From positions 32,001 to 96,000 of IMG/VR virus record IMGVR_UViG_3300031998_000031: a stretch of DNA of 64,000 nucleotides. One strand, 5' to 3'. A program made the position numbers and the translations under genes. Below are positions 1 through 9,738 of this stretch, piece by piece. Within the stretch, counting starts at the first letter, position 1, and each line of letters begins with the position of its first letter. This DNA comes from a virus (taxonomy: Duplodnaviria; Caudoviricetes). The notes beneath the pieces were generated by a model that searched no databases, was not told the DNA's origin, and saw only the letters and a list, made by a program, of their open reading frames with translations.

Positions 1-2
1 GG

Positions 3-131
3 ATACTTATCGCAACCTGTTCAAAGGGTGGCGATTTGACCGCCGTAAAAGGGCAGGAAGATAAGCTCCAGAGGTACTTGAATAAAGGAAAGTCTGGAGC
101 AAAGGTGGTAAATGGTGTCGTAAAGAATTGA
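3..131 (+). CDS. C-terminal fragment of a gene running in from the left edge
   Basis: Frame 3 is open from the window edge to TGA at 129-131, followed by an RBS (GAGGTG) for the next ORF. Confidence 0.4.
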   Translation: MLIATCSKGGDLTAVKGQEDKLQRYLNKGKSGAKVVNGVVKN

Positions 132-142
132 GGTGATGTGAT

Positions 143-361
143 ATGAGTGTAGAAAAAAGAAAGTACACTGGTTCGGCTCGTGATGTATTTGACATGACGC
201 GAGCGCTGAATGCTGAGCTTTCAGTTGAGGAGTGCGGCTTCGAACTGGACGAGGAGCACAAAGCGGGATATGAAAGAGACCTTAAATGGCTGAAGGACCA
301 GAGGGCTGAAAACCCCGGCGTTCCGATAGCCTACGACGTTAAGTATTCGTATTTAGATTGA
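143..361 (+). CDS. hypothetical protein (72 aa)
   Basis: GAGGTG RBS, ATG, followed by a terminator. Confidence 0.7.
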   Translation: MSVEKRKYTGSARDVFDMTRALNAELSVEECGFELDEEHKAGYERDLKWLKDQRAENPGVPIAYDVKYSYLD

Positions 362-385
362 TAAGGAGAACTGAATGTGATTGAT

Positions 386-412
386 AAAAGAGCGCCTACG
401 GGCGCTTTTTTA
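386..412 (+). terminator. intrinsic terminator
   Basis: AGCGCC-TACG-GGCGCT hairpin followed by a T-run. Confidence 0.75.
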
Positions 413-426
413 TTTGGTGCCATGGC

Positions 427-618
427 GTGAAAAAATTCGACATGATAAAGGCCTACATTCGATATGGGGATGGCAACAGGCCTATATGTATATGTAAGAG
501 ACCGAACGGCAGAGCATGCCGTAAAAAATATAATTGCGAGCCTGAGGTAGTATGGCGGGACATCTACTACCGATGGGAACAGACTATGAATACGAATAGG
601 TTTGGCAAGGACTATTAG
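427..618 (+). CDS. hypothetical protein
   Basis: 63-aa ORF with GTG start and weak RBS. Confidence 0.45.
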   Translation: MKKFDMIKAYIRYGDGNRPICICKRPNGRACRKKYNCEPEVVWRDIYYRWEQTMNTNRFGKDY

Positions 619-651
619 TCCCTGCCTTTTTGTTTTGGAAGGAGGTTGACG

Positions 652-999
652 ATGGCCATGAAAAAGAGCGTCAACATGGACGGCATGTACGACGGCAAGA
701 TGACCGAAACAGATTATCTGCTTCAGTATCTGAGTAATGCTGCAAACGACATGTGCATGTTCAACAACAATCTTGAAGAGCTTCAGGACCAAGGCAAGGA
801 GACTACCGATGCCTATGGGCTGACCAAAGAGATGCTGATGAATGCGCTTGGTCGCACTCAGCGCCTGCTGCTTAAGGTCACTGAGGTGTTGACAGAGACA
901 CGAGAAGATGAATCGGCGTTTTTTGCGGGCGAGCTCACTGAGGTGAAGAAGCCCGACGTAGAACACGAGCTGCCGGTCGAAGAGGAGGCCGAGGAATAA
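652..999 (+). CDS. hypothetical protein
   Basis: AGGAGG RBS before ATG; abuts the next gene. Confidence 0.75.
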   Translation: MAMKKSVNMDGMYDGKMTETDYLLQYLSNAANDMCMFNNNLEELQDQGKETTDAYGLTKEMLMNALGRTQRLLLKVTEVLTETREDESAFFAGELTEVKKPDVEHELPVEEEAEE

Positions 1000-1000
1000 A

Positions 1001-2635
1001 ATGTCTGCCCCCACGTTAACAAGAGTCACGCGGCTCGATGCGATGCCGTTTGGTGCTACATATTACACGGCTGAAGGATTCCTGAGAGATAGCCCGATAC
1101 TTACCTCTACGGGAATCTTTGAGTATACGAACTACGATGGTTCGAAAAGAAGGGAGCTTCGACTTCCTGAGGATGTTTTTGACCCTGAAAGCTTGGCGAG
1201 TTACCTTGGCAAGCCTGTGGTAATCAGTCACGATGCGGGACTCATCGACAAGAATAATGTCAGTGAGAATTCAATCGGAACGATTATCAGTAAGGGTTAC
1301 CAGTCCGGCAATGACGTTCGTGCCGATATCGTAATCCACGACACGGACGATATGAAGAGTTGTGGCTTCAAGGAGCTATCCCTTGGATACAGCCTTGACT
1401 TGGATGAGACGCCCGGTGTCTGGAATGGCGAACGGTACGATGCTGTTCAGAAGAACATCCGCATTAACCATTTGGCTTTGGTGCGGGAAGCCAGAGCTGG
1501 TGAGCAGGCTCGACTGAATATTGACAGCCGAGACGCAAAAACTCTTATAGGAGGAAAAGTAATGAAGAAAAATCCCAAGAAGACCAGTCGTGCTGACGGA
1601 ATTCTCTCTCCTGAAGAGCTTGAAAAGGCCATTAAGGAGTACAAGGCAAAGAGAGCTTCCGAAGTACAGGCTGACGAAGACAAGCCTGAAAAGGCTGTCG
1701 AGTCTGTTGCGGTCGAGGAAAAAGAGGTCGCGGCGGAAGTTCCGGCTGAAGAGACCCCTGCCGTAGCAGAAGAGACCCCTGCCGAGGTAGAGGAAGAGCC
1801 CCTTGTCGTCGAGGAAGACGAAGACGATGAAGAGGAAGTCACCGAACCTGTGGAGGAGCCTGAGACCGTCGAGGAACAGGTAGCTGTTCTCAAAGAGAAC
1901 CGCGACCGTAGAGATGAGGACGGAGACCCTAAGGATGTCGACGACGCTATGGTTACCATCGCCCATCAGGACGAAGATATTCAGAAACTGTTCGATATCA
2001 TCGATACCCTTCTCGCTCAGAGAGACTTCAAGGAATCTAAGGAAGATTCTGCTGACGAAGACATCCCCGACGCTGAAAAGGGTGACGTACCGTTCGAGGC
2101 GGAGCCCAAATGTGACGGTAAGAACTGCGATTCCGAAGACGTCCTTGTAGAAGAGGAAGTCAACGAGGATGAGGACGACGAAATCGTTGAAGAGGAAGTC
2201 GTTGAAGAGCCTGTAGAGGAAGTCAACGAGGACGAGGATGAGGAGGAAGAGGACGACGAAGAGGAAGAGCTTCGCGTCAATACCGATTCTGTAGATGAGA
2301 TAGTCCGCACTAAGGTAAATCTCGGAATGCTCGGTCGCGGCCTTGGCATTGAGGGTCTTGAGAACCTCAAGATAAAGACTGCTAAAAAGGCAATCATCAG
2401 CGCAGTCAGACCCAACATGAGACTTGACGGAAAGTCCGATACCTTTGTAAACGTGGCCTTTGATATGGCCGTTGCAGAGATAGAGGCAAAGTCCGTTAAG
2501 GATACAAACTATCAACTTAAGCAGATGTTCAATTGCGACGCTGCAACCGTTAAATCCAATGACATACCCTCTGCAACTGAAGCGCGTCAGAGAATGATTG
2601 ACCGTCAGCAGAGAAAGAACAAGGAGGAAAAGTAA
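1001..2635 (+). CDS. DUF2213-family prohead protease with acidic scaffold C-terminus
   Basis: Motifs ELRLPEDVF, ELSLGY, INHLALVREARAG; long D/E-rich C-terminus; lies upstream of the capsid gene. Confidence 0.85.
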   Translation: MSAPTLTRVTRLDAMPFGATYYTAEGFLRDSPILTSTGIFEYTNYDGSKRRELRLPEDVFDPESLASYLGKPVVISHDAGLIDKNNVSENSIGTIISKGYQSGNDVRADIVIHDTDDMKSCGFKELSLGYSLDLDETPGVWNGERYDAVQKNIRINHLALVREARAGEQARLNIDSRDAKTLIGGKVMKKNPKKTSRADGILSPEELEKAIKEYKAKRASEVQADEDKPEKAVESVAVEEKEVAAEVPAEETPAVAEETPAEVEEEPLVVEEDEDDEEEVTEPVEEPETVEEQVAVLKENRDRRDEDGDPKDVDDAMVTIAHQDEDIQKLFDIIDTLLAQRDFKESKEDSADEDIPDAEKGDVPFEAEPKCDGKNCDSEDVLVEEEVNEDEDDEIVEEEVVEEPVEEVNEDEDEEEEDDEEEELRVNTDSVDEIVRTKVNLGMLGRGLGIEGLENLKIKTAKKAIISAVRPNMRLDGKSDTFVNVAFDMAVAEIEAKSVKDTNYQLKQMFNCDAATVKSNDIPSATEARQRMIDRQQRKNKEEK

Positions 2636-2636
2636 C

Positions 2637-3128
2637 ATGAGTGCACAGACCACCTACAAGTTCAATCCCGTAATGGGCGCGGCTGGCGGAATCGTTGACC
2701 TTGCCCCGTATGAAGTAAATGCCTTCATCGTTGAAGAGAACACCGGCGTTATGCAGGCAGGCGTAGCTGTCGTATCTGGAACCAAGGCTGGTTCTGATAT
2801 CAAGCTGCCCACCAGCACCAGCGGCCACTTCGAAGGCATCACCACCAACAGACGTACCAATGAGCACGGCCTTGAAGGCGAGACCTACATCCGCAAGGGT
2901 CAGGCTCTTGGCGTAATGAGATACGGCAGAATCTACGGAAGAGTAAAGACTGGCGTATCCGTAGCTTATGGCGAGCAGGTTTACGTTCTCGTATCCGGCG
3001 ACGAGAAGGGATATCTGACCAATGTTTCCACCGACAACATGCCCATCAACGCTACTTTCCAGAGTGCAGTTGATAATGGCGTAGCAATCGTAGAGATTGC
3101 CAACGCTCCGTATGTTGCCAGCAACTAA
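2637..3128 (+). CDS. capsid cement/decoration protein
   Basis: Between protease and MCP; GVMRYGRIY motif; AGGAGG RBS before ATG 2637. Confidence 0.7.
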   Translation: MSAQTTYKFNPVMGAAGGIVDLAPYEVNAFIVEENTGVMQAGVAVVSGTKAGSDIKLPTSTSGHFEGITTNRRTNEHGLEGETYIRKGQALGVMRYGRIYGRVKTGVSVAYGEQVYVLVSGDEKGYLTNVSTDNMPINATFQSAVDNGVAIVEIANAPYVASN

Positions 3129-3151
3129 TCAGAAGGAGGGTTTTATCTAAC

Positions 3152-4216
3152 ATGAAGACCGAAAAGGACAAGAACCAGAAATATGACAAGGCGGAAGCTA
3201 AGACTCTGCTCAACTCTGCAATCCCTGCTGCTATCATGGCTTCCGAAGGAACCCGTTTCGATAGCGCGGAAGAGGCTTCCGTATTTTTCGCAAGAGAGCT
3301 CGACCACGTAAAGAGCGAATCTTACGACGTCGAGTATCCTGAGCTTACAGCCCTGAATCTTTTCCCCATCAGCTCTGAAGTAGATGCCGGTGCAGAGACC
3401 ATTACCTACTACACCTATGACAGACAGGGCCTTGCCGATATAATCGACAACTACAGCACTGACCTGCCCAGAGCTGACGTAAGCGGCAAGCCGTCTTATG
3501 CAACCATCAAGTCCATCGGCGCAAGCTATGGCTACTCCACTCAGGAAATGAGAGCTTCCAGACTTGCCAACAAGTCTCTCGATGCTCGCAAGGGAGAGGC
3601 AGCTCGCTATGCCATCGACAACAAGATTAACCAGATTGCATGGGCTGGCGATGCAGATGCTAAGCTGCTTGGCGTTCTGTCTGATGGACAGAACATTCCG
3701 TTCTACACCATTCAGGCTGGTGCCACCTCTGGCGCTACCAAGTGGACCGAGAAGACCGCAGATGAGATTCTCGATGACGTAAACGGAATGGCCAAGCAGG
3801 TCGCTAAGGTCACCAAGAACGTAGAGAGACCTGATACTCTCGCCGTACCGGCTGACGTCTACATGCACATCAGCACCAAGAGAATCCCCGATACCGCTCA
3901 GACCGTACTCGGATTCCTCCTTGAGCATTCTCCGTATATCAAGGATATCGTAAACGCTGCCGAGCTCGACGCTGACAGTCCTGAGACCAACCCGTACGCT
4001 GAGGGCGCTCCGGGAGTTGCTCCGGATGCTGGCGTAGGCGTAGCGTTCCTTTTCAAGAATGATGCTCGCAAGCTCACTCTTGAGGACCCGATGCCTTTCT
4101 ATCAGTATCCGCTCCAGACAAGAAACCTTGAGACCGTGATTCCTTGTGAAGCAAGAACCGCCGGTGTCATCGTTTACTATCCGCTCTCCTGCCTCATCGC
4201 AGTAGGCGTTTGCTAA
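3152..4216 (+). CDS. major capsid protein (DUF2184 family, HK97 fold)
   Basis: 354 aa; FFARELDH, YGYSTQEMRA, EARTAGVIVYYP motifs; followed by a terminator. Confidence 0.9.
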   Translation: MKTEKDKNQKYDKAEAKTLLNSAIPAAIMASEGTRFDSAEEASVFFARELDHVKSESYDVEYPELTALNLFPISSEVDAGAETITYYTYDRQGLADIIDNYSTDLPRADVSGKPSYATIKSIGASYGYSTQEMRASRLANKSLDARKGEAARYAIDNKINQIAWAGDADAKLLGVLSDGQNIPFYTIQAGATSGATKWTEKTADEILDDVNGMAKQVAKVTKNVERPDTLAVPADVYMHISTKRIPDTAQTVLGFLLEHSPYIKDIVNAAELDADSPETNPYAEGAPGVAPDAGVGVAFLFKNDARKLTLEDPMPFYQYPLQTRNLETVIPCEARTAGVIVYYPLSCLIAVGVC

Positions 4217-4232
4217 TCTGATAGCCACCTTG

Positions 4233-4268
4233 GACCGTCTCCGGGAAACTGGAGACGGTCTTCTTTTT
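4233..4268 (+). terminator. intrinsic terminator after MCP
   Basis: GACCGTCTCC...GGAGACGGTC stem plus TTCTTTTT. Confidence 0.8.
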
Positions 4269-4287
4269 GGAAAGGAAGTTTATAAAG

Positions 4288-5007
4288 ATGGGCGCAGCAT
4301 TTAATGAATCCCATTCTCGCGACCTTCTCATAAAGTATGTCGCAGATATCGCTGATGCGCTTTGCGGTGAGGAGAATCCCCCGTACGCAGGCGGCGACGT
4401 CTTAAGACATTCTCTGGGCAGGATTGCAGATTCGCTTGCAACAAGTAAACCCATAACCGATGGCGCTGTGGCCAATCAGGCCCCGTCCGTCGCCACCACG
4501 GGTTCCGGCGCAGCAGACGACCTTAATAGTCTGATTATCAAACTGAAGGACGCTGGCGTAATGGTCCCTGATGAATTCACCATGGCGTTTGCATCTGTTA
4601 CTGATAGTGTTGCCGGTCATGCAGACCGTCAGTATAACACCAACAAGATTGCAAGCGTGGCTGAGAGCGACGGAACAATAACTATTACGCTCGCTGCGGG
4701 TACTAAGGTCGCAGACCTTAAGAACTTTGATGGCGGTAGTGGCTGGGGAGTTCACAAGTGGCTCGGAATCGGCGTTGGCGCTGGTATAAGTCCGATAACT
4801 GGGCTGTACTATAATGGCACGAAGCTTACGGCTGAGGATGTATCCGAAGCTACTACTTGCGGCCTTAGCGCAGGCTATTTCGTTCGCTGGGTCGCAGCGG
4901 ACCTTGTGCTGGCCGGAGATGATACTCAGAAGTCCAAGGGCAACTTTAAGCTTAGGGCTGATGGATACAAAGAGACGACCTACACGCTTAAGATAGTCGA
5001 GGGCTAA
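4288..5007 (+). CDS. head fibre / virion decoration protein
   Basis: ANQAPSVAT...DLNSLIIKLKDAGVM resembles the phage head-fibre motif. Confidence 0.55.
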   Translation: MGAAFNESHSRDLLIKYVADIADALCGEENPPYAGGDVLRHSLGRIADSLATSKPITDGAVANQAPSVATTGSGAADDLNSLIIKLKDAGVMVPDEFTMAFASVTDSVAGHADRQYNTNKIASVAESDGTITITLAAGTKVADLKNFDGGSGWGVHKWLGIGVGAGISPITGLYYNGTKLTAEDVSEATTCGLSAGYFVRWVAADLVLAGDDTQKSKGNFKLRADGYKETTYTLKIVEG

Positions 5008-5051
5008 CAAGAGCTAAGGGCTGTTAAAGATGATTCAAATGGAGGTAAATT

Positions 5052-5411
5052 ATGAAACTCGTAAATATTGCTGAAAAGAACAAGATTGTTAGCGTCGGTT
5101 CCACGGTCCTGATGCCGGGAATGACAATGGAAATCGACGAAGCAACTGCAAATCTTCCTTCCGTCCGCGCATTAGTCGGCAAGGGATTTTTGCAGATTAT
5201 CAAGAGCGCTCCGAAGAAAACCGTAAAGGCTGAGGAGGAGGAACCCGAACTCGAACCTGAAGTGGTAGAGGAGGTAGAAGTTACTACCGAACCTGAGCCT
5301 GAAGTGGTAGAGGAGGTAGAAGTTACTACCGAACCTGAGCCTGAAGTGGTAGAGGAAGAATCCGTTCCCGCTCCGAAGCGTAAGAGAGGCCAGAGGAGCA
5401 CCAGTAAGTAA
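5052..5411 (+). CDS. virion morphogenesis protein, acidic repeat
   Basis: GGAGG RBS; [12 protein letters not shown] repeats. Confidence 0.7.
   Translation: MKLVNIAEKNKIVSVGSTVLMPGMTMEIDEATANLPSVRALVGKGFLQIIKSAPKKTVKAEEEEPELEPEVVEEVEVTTEPEPEVVEEVEVTTEPEPEVVEEESVPAPKRKRGQRSTSK
5256..5356 (+). repeat. 42-bp tandem repeat (about 2.4 copies) inside CDS
   Basis: CCTGAAGTGGTAGAGGAGGTAGAAGTTACTACCGAACCTGAG at 5256, 5298 and partial at 5340. Confidence 0.9.
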
Positions 5412-5424
5412 AAGGAGAATCACC

Positions 5425-5871
5425 GTGAGCTGCTGTAGTGAAACTTGCAAAGTTAAAAAGATAATCGAATTACAGGGAACGGAATTTGACGACATGTCTG
5501 AAGACGAGCTGGACGAATGGGTTTGCTTGATGAAGCCGTTCGTGAGCAAAAAGCAGTTCGGAAATCTGTATTCCCATGCTTTAGCTTATCTTATCATGCA
5601 CAAGTGGAAGATGGCAGGGCTTGGTGAGAATCCGCTTGGAGATATCGGCAAGGTCGGTGTAGGTTTTGGCATTGGAAGCGTATCGGAGGGCGGGAGCAGT
5701 ATCAGTTTTGGCGCTGGTCAGAGCTCTAACCTTGCTAACGATGCAGAACTTGGCCTGACCGCTTACGGGCTTCAGTACCTTAGTTTGAGGCGCATGTGTG
5801 TCATTCCCATACATTGCAGTGGGGAGTCAGATAATGACGAAAGTTACATTCAATTTTGGGAAAGGGTATAA
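5425..5871 (+). CDS. head-tail adaptor (DUF4054-like)
   Basis: [12 protein letters not shown] and [11 protein letters not shown] motifs; synteny. Confidence 0.8.
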   Translation: MSCCSETCKVKKIIELQGTEFDDMSEDELDEWVCLMKPFVSKKQFGNLYSHALAYLIMHKWKMAGLGENPLGDIGKVGVGFGIGSVSEGGSSISFGAGQSSNLANDAELGLTAYGLQYLSLRRMCVIPIHCSGESDNDESYIQFWERV

Positions 5872-6352
5872 ACTGACATACGAAGGACAGGCCTACCTCA
5901 AGAGATTAAACGAGCTTTTGGAGCTGGAGGTCGCTACAGGCTTTCAGGAGGGCCAAAGCTATTATAAAGGATGTCATCACAATGCCAAGGGCGAGCCGGA
6001 TGATTCCGGCGCTGATACCTTGGAGGTGGCGATGTTCAACGAGTTCGGCACGTCCACCATTCCCGCGAGACCGTTTATGAAGAGCAGTTTTGACAACCAT
6101 CAAACTGAGATTCAACAATTCGTTGCGTCGACCGTAAACGGCGTCGCTCTTGGCGCACTGGATGTCCGGACTGCGACGAATCGCGTGGGAGTATATATGA
6201 AAGGCCTTATCCAAGAGGAAATCGTTAATGGCAATTGGACCCCCAACGCGCCGTCTACGATTAAGAAAAAAGGCTCAAGTCAACCGTTGATTGATTCCGG
6301 CCACATGCGGCAGTCAGTCCAGTATGTAGTACGTAAGGCAGGCACAGAGTGA
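5834..6352 (+). CDS. neck/tail-completion protein
   Basis: [14 protein letters not shown] and [20 protein letters not shown] motifs. Confidence 0.8.
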   Translation: MTKVTFNFGKGYKLTYEGQAYLKRLNELLELEVATGFQEGQSYYKGCHHNAKGEPDDSGADTLEVAMFNEFGTSTIPARPFMKSSFDNHQTEIQQFVASTVNGVALGALDVRTATNRVGVYMKGLIQEEIVNGNWTPNAPSTIKKKGSSQPLIDSGHMRQSVQYVVRKAGTE

Positions 6353-6762
6353 ATATAACCATTTTCAATAAAAAATATTGGAGACGCAGGTTTACCCCTC
6401 AGGTCTTACTTTCAAACGGCTACTACGCAAATGGCAGCTCTGATAAGGTCGTAAGTCTTGATGTGACTCCGATGGGCTCAGACCAGTTGCAGGCGTTGCC
6501 GGAAGGTGAGAGACAATTCAAACATCTTTCGGCGTACGGCACTGACGAGCTGATACCCGCCGATGAGAGCATCGGACAAAAGGGCGACTTGCTCTGGTAT
6601 CACGGTTCGTGGTACGAGTGCACGGCAGCCCAGATGTGGGACCATACCATGCTAAACCACACCAACTATACGTTGGTAGAGGTGCCGAAAGACGCCTCAT
6701 ATTCCGCCGACGTATTAAACCCGCCGACAAAGGACCCCAACACTAATAAGCCATGGAGCTAA
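6349..6762 (+). CDS. head closure protein
   Basis: LQALPEGER and GDLLWYHGSWY motifs; synteny. Confidence 0.65.
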   Translation: MNITIFNKKYWRRRFTPQVLLSNGYYANGSSDKVVSLDVTPMGSDQLQALPEGERQFKHLSAYGTDELIPADESIGQKGDLLWYHGSWYECTAAQMWDHTMLNHTNYTLVEVPKDASYSADVLNPPTKDPNTNKPWS

Positions 6763-6774
6763 GGGAGGAAAGAC

Positions 6775-7422
6775 ATGCGAGCAGACGATGCAAAACACCT
6801 GTTCACCTCTCTTGCGAAATGGTATTTTGCGCACGGCGCTGTTGCCACCAGTAGACAGAGTAGAGCGGCAAAATTTGAATTGCCGCTCATATCCATTACA
6901 TATGGAAACGTCACCCGGCAAAAGAGCCTGAATGAAGTGTATGTAAACGGTGAGCCAGTAGGCGCTTTCCAGCAGAAGATGGCCATAACAGTGGATATCT
7001 TCACGCATGGCAAAGAAACAAAAGAAACTGTAGACGAACAGGAATATACCACTTACGAAAACTCGGCGATGGACGACGCATTGTCTTTCGTCGACTTTTT
7101 GGATTCACACCATGCCATAGCATGGAGCCAGCGAAATGACGTAGCAATCTCGGTCGAGGGCGACGTTATGGACATGACCGGGCTGGTGAATGATTCGAAC
7201 TATGAGTATCGCGCAAGGGTAAACCTATCGTTTTACTTTACGCAATATTCGGTTGGAGCAGCGGGCGTATTGCTCGAATCCAGCCTGAAGACTTCCCAAG
7301 ACGGAAGTATGTACATCGACCCCCAGTTTGCTGTTACGACAAGCGGCGGTGGAAACCAAGAGCTTGCTGATGAGACTGTGGGTTACTTTATTGACGCAAT
7401 AATAACGGAGGAAAATGAATGA
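6775..7422 (+). CDS. tail terminator-like protein
   Basis: Directly upstream of the sheath; YEYRARVNLSF motif. Confidence 0.65.
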   Translation: MRADDAKHLFTSLAKWYFAHGAVATSRQSRAAKFELPLISITYGNVTRQKSLNEVYVNGEPVGAFQQKMAITVDIFTHGKETKETVDEQEYTTYENSAMDDALSFVDFLDSHHAIAWSQRNDVAISVEGDVMDMTGLVNDSNYEYRARVNLSFYFTQYSVGAAGVLLESSLKTSQDGSMYIDPQFAVTTSGGGNQELADETVGYFIDAIITEENE

Positions 7423-8558
7423 GTAAATACTTTGACCAAGTTGCCACCGTTAGCATCGACCTCTCTACGCCTGTTTCAGACGAAGCTAATTTTGACAACG
7501 TCGTGCTGGTAGGAGCGCTTCCTGCATCCCCGAATCTGGACGGTAACAATGACCCTGTATATCCGGCAGAGTTTGCGGGCTACAGCTCTCTCGATGAAGT
7601 AATCGAGGCTGGATGGAAGGTCAGTGGCGAATCCCCGGACCCTGTAGGGCTTGCTGCCCAGACTGCTTTTGCGCAGAACCCCCGCCCGTCCAAGATTTAT
7701 ATCGCGCCCGTCCCCGAAGGTTCTGGAAAGACCATAGAGGATGCAGTCGATATAGCGGTAACATATCCCGGATGGTACGTATGCTGCCCCGCAGTCATGG
7801 TCGGAGATACTACGAACATAGCGAAGTATGCTGATATTGCTGCTAAGATTGAAGGCTACGACAAGATGTTCTGCTACACAGACCTTGCGTTCTTCACTGG
7901 CGGAACACCCGCAGTAAGCACGACGCTTATGAGGACCATGTTCGTTACTGGCAGACGCACTTCTGCTGAGGCCGACGCGGACCTTCCGAAGTACAATAAC
8001 TTTGCTAACGTCGCGATGACTGTTAAGTGGCTGTCCTATGACAGCGGCAGCGAGACCGCTGCATTCAAGCAGGTATCGCTTATCGAGCCCAGCACCTTCA
8101 GCACTGCTGAGATGAATCAGGTAGCCGCAGCACACGGCAACTATATCATCTCCATGGGCGGTAAGGTCGTGACGATGAATGGGCAGGTAGTCGGTAACGA
8201 GTGGGCTGATGTTATCAGATTCCGCGATTGGCTTAAAAACGATATGCAGGTCAGGGTCGTTAACCTGTTTATATCAAACCCGAAGATACCGTTTACGGAC
8301 AGCGGCATATCTCAGGTCCAGAACCTGATGATAGCGTCTCTGACTGACGGACAGGCAAGAGGCGGAATCGCTGAGGACGAATTCGACGCTGATGGAAACG
8401 TTAATCGCGGATTCACTACAAGCGTCCCTCTTTCGTCCGATATAACAAGCGTGCAGAAGCAGTCCAGAATCCTGAGGAATTGCAAATTCGACGCTCGCCT
8501 TGCTGGAGCGATTCACGAAGCGCACCTTAAAGGCACTCTCACCTACGAAGCCCTGTAA
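7419..8558 (+). CDS. tail sheath protein (DUF3383-like)
   Basis: FAQNPRP, EWADVIRFRDWL, KIPFTDSGI, LAGAIH motifs. Confidence 0.85.
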   Translation: MSKYFDQVATVSIDLSTPVSDEANFDNVVLVGALPASPNLDGNNDPVYPAEFAGYSSLDEVIEAGWKVSGESPDPVGLAAQTAFAQNPRPSKIYIAPVPEGSGKTIEDAVDIAVTYPGWYVCCPAVMVGDTTNIAKYADIAAKIEGYDKMFCYTDLAFFTGGTPAVSTTLMRTMFVTGRRTSAEADADLPKYNNFANVAMTVKWLSYDSGSETAAFKQVSLIEPSTFSTAEMNQVAAAHGNYIISMGGKVVTMNGQVVGNEWADVIRFRDWLKNDMQVRVVNLFISNPKIPFTDSGISQVQNLMIASLTDGQARGGIAEDEFDADGNVNRGFTTSVPLSSDITSVQKQSRILRNCKFDARLAGAIHEAHLKGTLTYEAL

Positions 8559-8574
8559 GAAAGGATGGTAAAAT

Positions 8575-8985
8575 ATGGTTAAGACTTACAACTCTAAAGA
8601 GGTCTACATAACACTTGGTCGCCATCTTGTTACGGGAACGGGTGAAGATTCGTTCGTGACCATAACTCAGAATTCTGATGGCATAACCTCATCGTCTGGA
8701 TGCGATGGAGAGGTCGTAAGGAGCATAAGCCCCGATAATACTCACACCATCAACATCACCCTGCTTCAGACTTCGCCTACGAACGGCTATCTTCAGAGGA
8801 TGGCTGACAAGGACCGCAACGATGGCAGCGGTATGTTCCCGGTTCTTATAAAGGATATGAGAGGCGGCCTGATTTTCAGCGCAAGCGATGCTTGGGTGAT
8901 GAAGCAGGCTGACCGTCAGTTCGGACGTGAAGCTACGTCGAGAAGCTGGGCCATAGGGACCGGCGACGGAAAACTTGAAGAGTAG
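8575..8985 (+). CDS. tail tube protein (DUF3277-like)
   Basis: 136 aa after the sheath; GCDGEVVRS and ITLLQTSPTN motifs. Confidence 0.8.
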   Translation: MVKTYNSKEVYITLGRHLVTGTGEDSFVTITQNSDGITSSSGCDGEVVRSISPDNTHTINITLLQTSPTNGYLQRMADKDRNDGSGMFPVLIKDMRGGLIFSASDAWVMKQADRQFGREATSRSWAIGTGDGKLEE

Positions 8986-8993
8986 TTTATCTT

Positions 8994-9023
8994 AAAAGGC
9001 GGAGCGGTAAGTTCCGCCTTTTT
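8994..9023 (+). terminator. intrinsic terminator
   Basis: AAAAGGCGGA...TCCGCCTTTTT. Confidence 0.8.
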
Positions 9024-9052
9024 ATTTTTAATGCCTGTGGGGAGGTAAATTT

Positions 9053-9541
9053 ATGAAACGTTTGGAGACCGTTCAAAAGAATATAAGTGGTATCCGATTC
9101 TATATCAGATACTTTGGCTCATTCTATGCCGCAGAGATAAGCGGAGACCTGACTAAAGTCTTCCTTCCGATATTAGCAGCGCTCTTCGGAGGTTCCGATG
9201 AGGAGAAAAGCGTGCTCGACACGGATATTGCAGAACTTGACATTGCAAAAACCATGTCGAATTTTGACGGGAAGACCGTAAGGACGCTTGTGACCAAACT
9301 CCTGATAGCCGATGAGAACATCTCATTCGACGACCCTGAGACGAAAGAGAACCTCAAGCTTGACTACGATGCAGCAGATGAGCTGTTTGCCGGTGACTTG
9401 GCAGGCATGTTCAAACTCTGCGCTGAAGTCATCAAACTCAATTACGGAAGTTTTTTCGGGAGTCTCGGAATCCAATCTGGCAACCTGCAAGAGAAGATTT
9501 CGGAGGCCATGAAAAAGACATTGCAAAATACGGGAAATTAG
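9053..9541 (+). CDS. tail assembly chaperone (G-like)
   Basis: Between tube and tape measure; ends in the slippery G GGA AAT. Confidence 0.8.
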   Translation: MKRLETVQKNISGIRFYIRYFGSFYAAEISGDLTKVFLPILAALFGGSDEEKSVLDTDIAELDIAKTMSNFDGKTVRTLVTKLLIADENISFDDPETKENLKLDYDAADELFAGDLAGMFKLCAEVIKLNYGSFFGSLGIQSGNLQEKISEAMKKTLQNTGN

Positions 9542-9729
9542 ATACGTCGCAATTCTCAGAACTTGAGATGCGCATGTATATCCTCATAGAAAACGGTATA
9601 GCAAGCAAGTTCGAACTGGACAACTGTTATACGCTCGACCAAGCTTTAAAGCTATACGCACTCTGGCGAATGAGCCAAGATATTCAAATCGCTCAGACTG
9701 ACGAAGCCCGTTCGATGCGCGATAATTAA
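9532..9729 (+). CDS. -1 frameshift extension of the tail chaperone (GT-like)
   Basis: X XXY YYZ heptamer GGGAAAT at 9532-9538; the -1 frame is open to TAA 9727-9729 (GKLDTSQFSELEMRMY...RSMRDN). Confidence 0.75.
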   Translation, partial: GKLDTSQFSELEMRMYILIENGIASKFELDNCYTLDQALKLYALWRMSQDIQIAQTDEARSMRDN

Positions 9730-9738
9730 GGAGGCCAC

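Noticed and set aside
331-5010. Long minus-strand ORFs (e.g. 1376-2653, 3143-4228)
   Set aside because: Antisense shadows of well-supported plus-strand structural genes; low-complexity translations and no RBS
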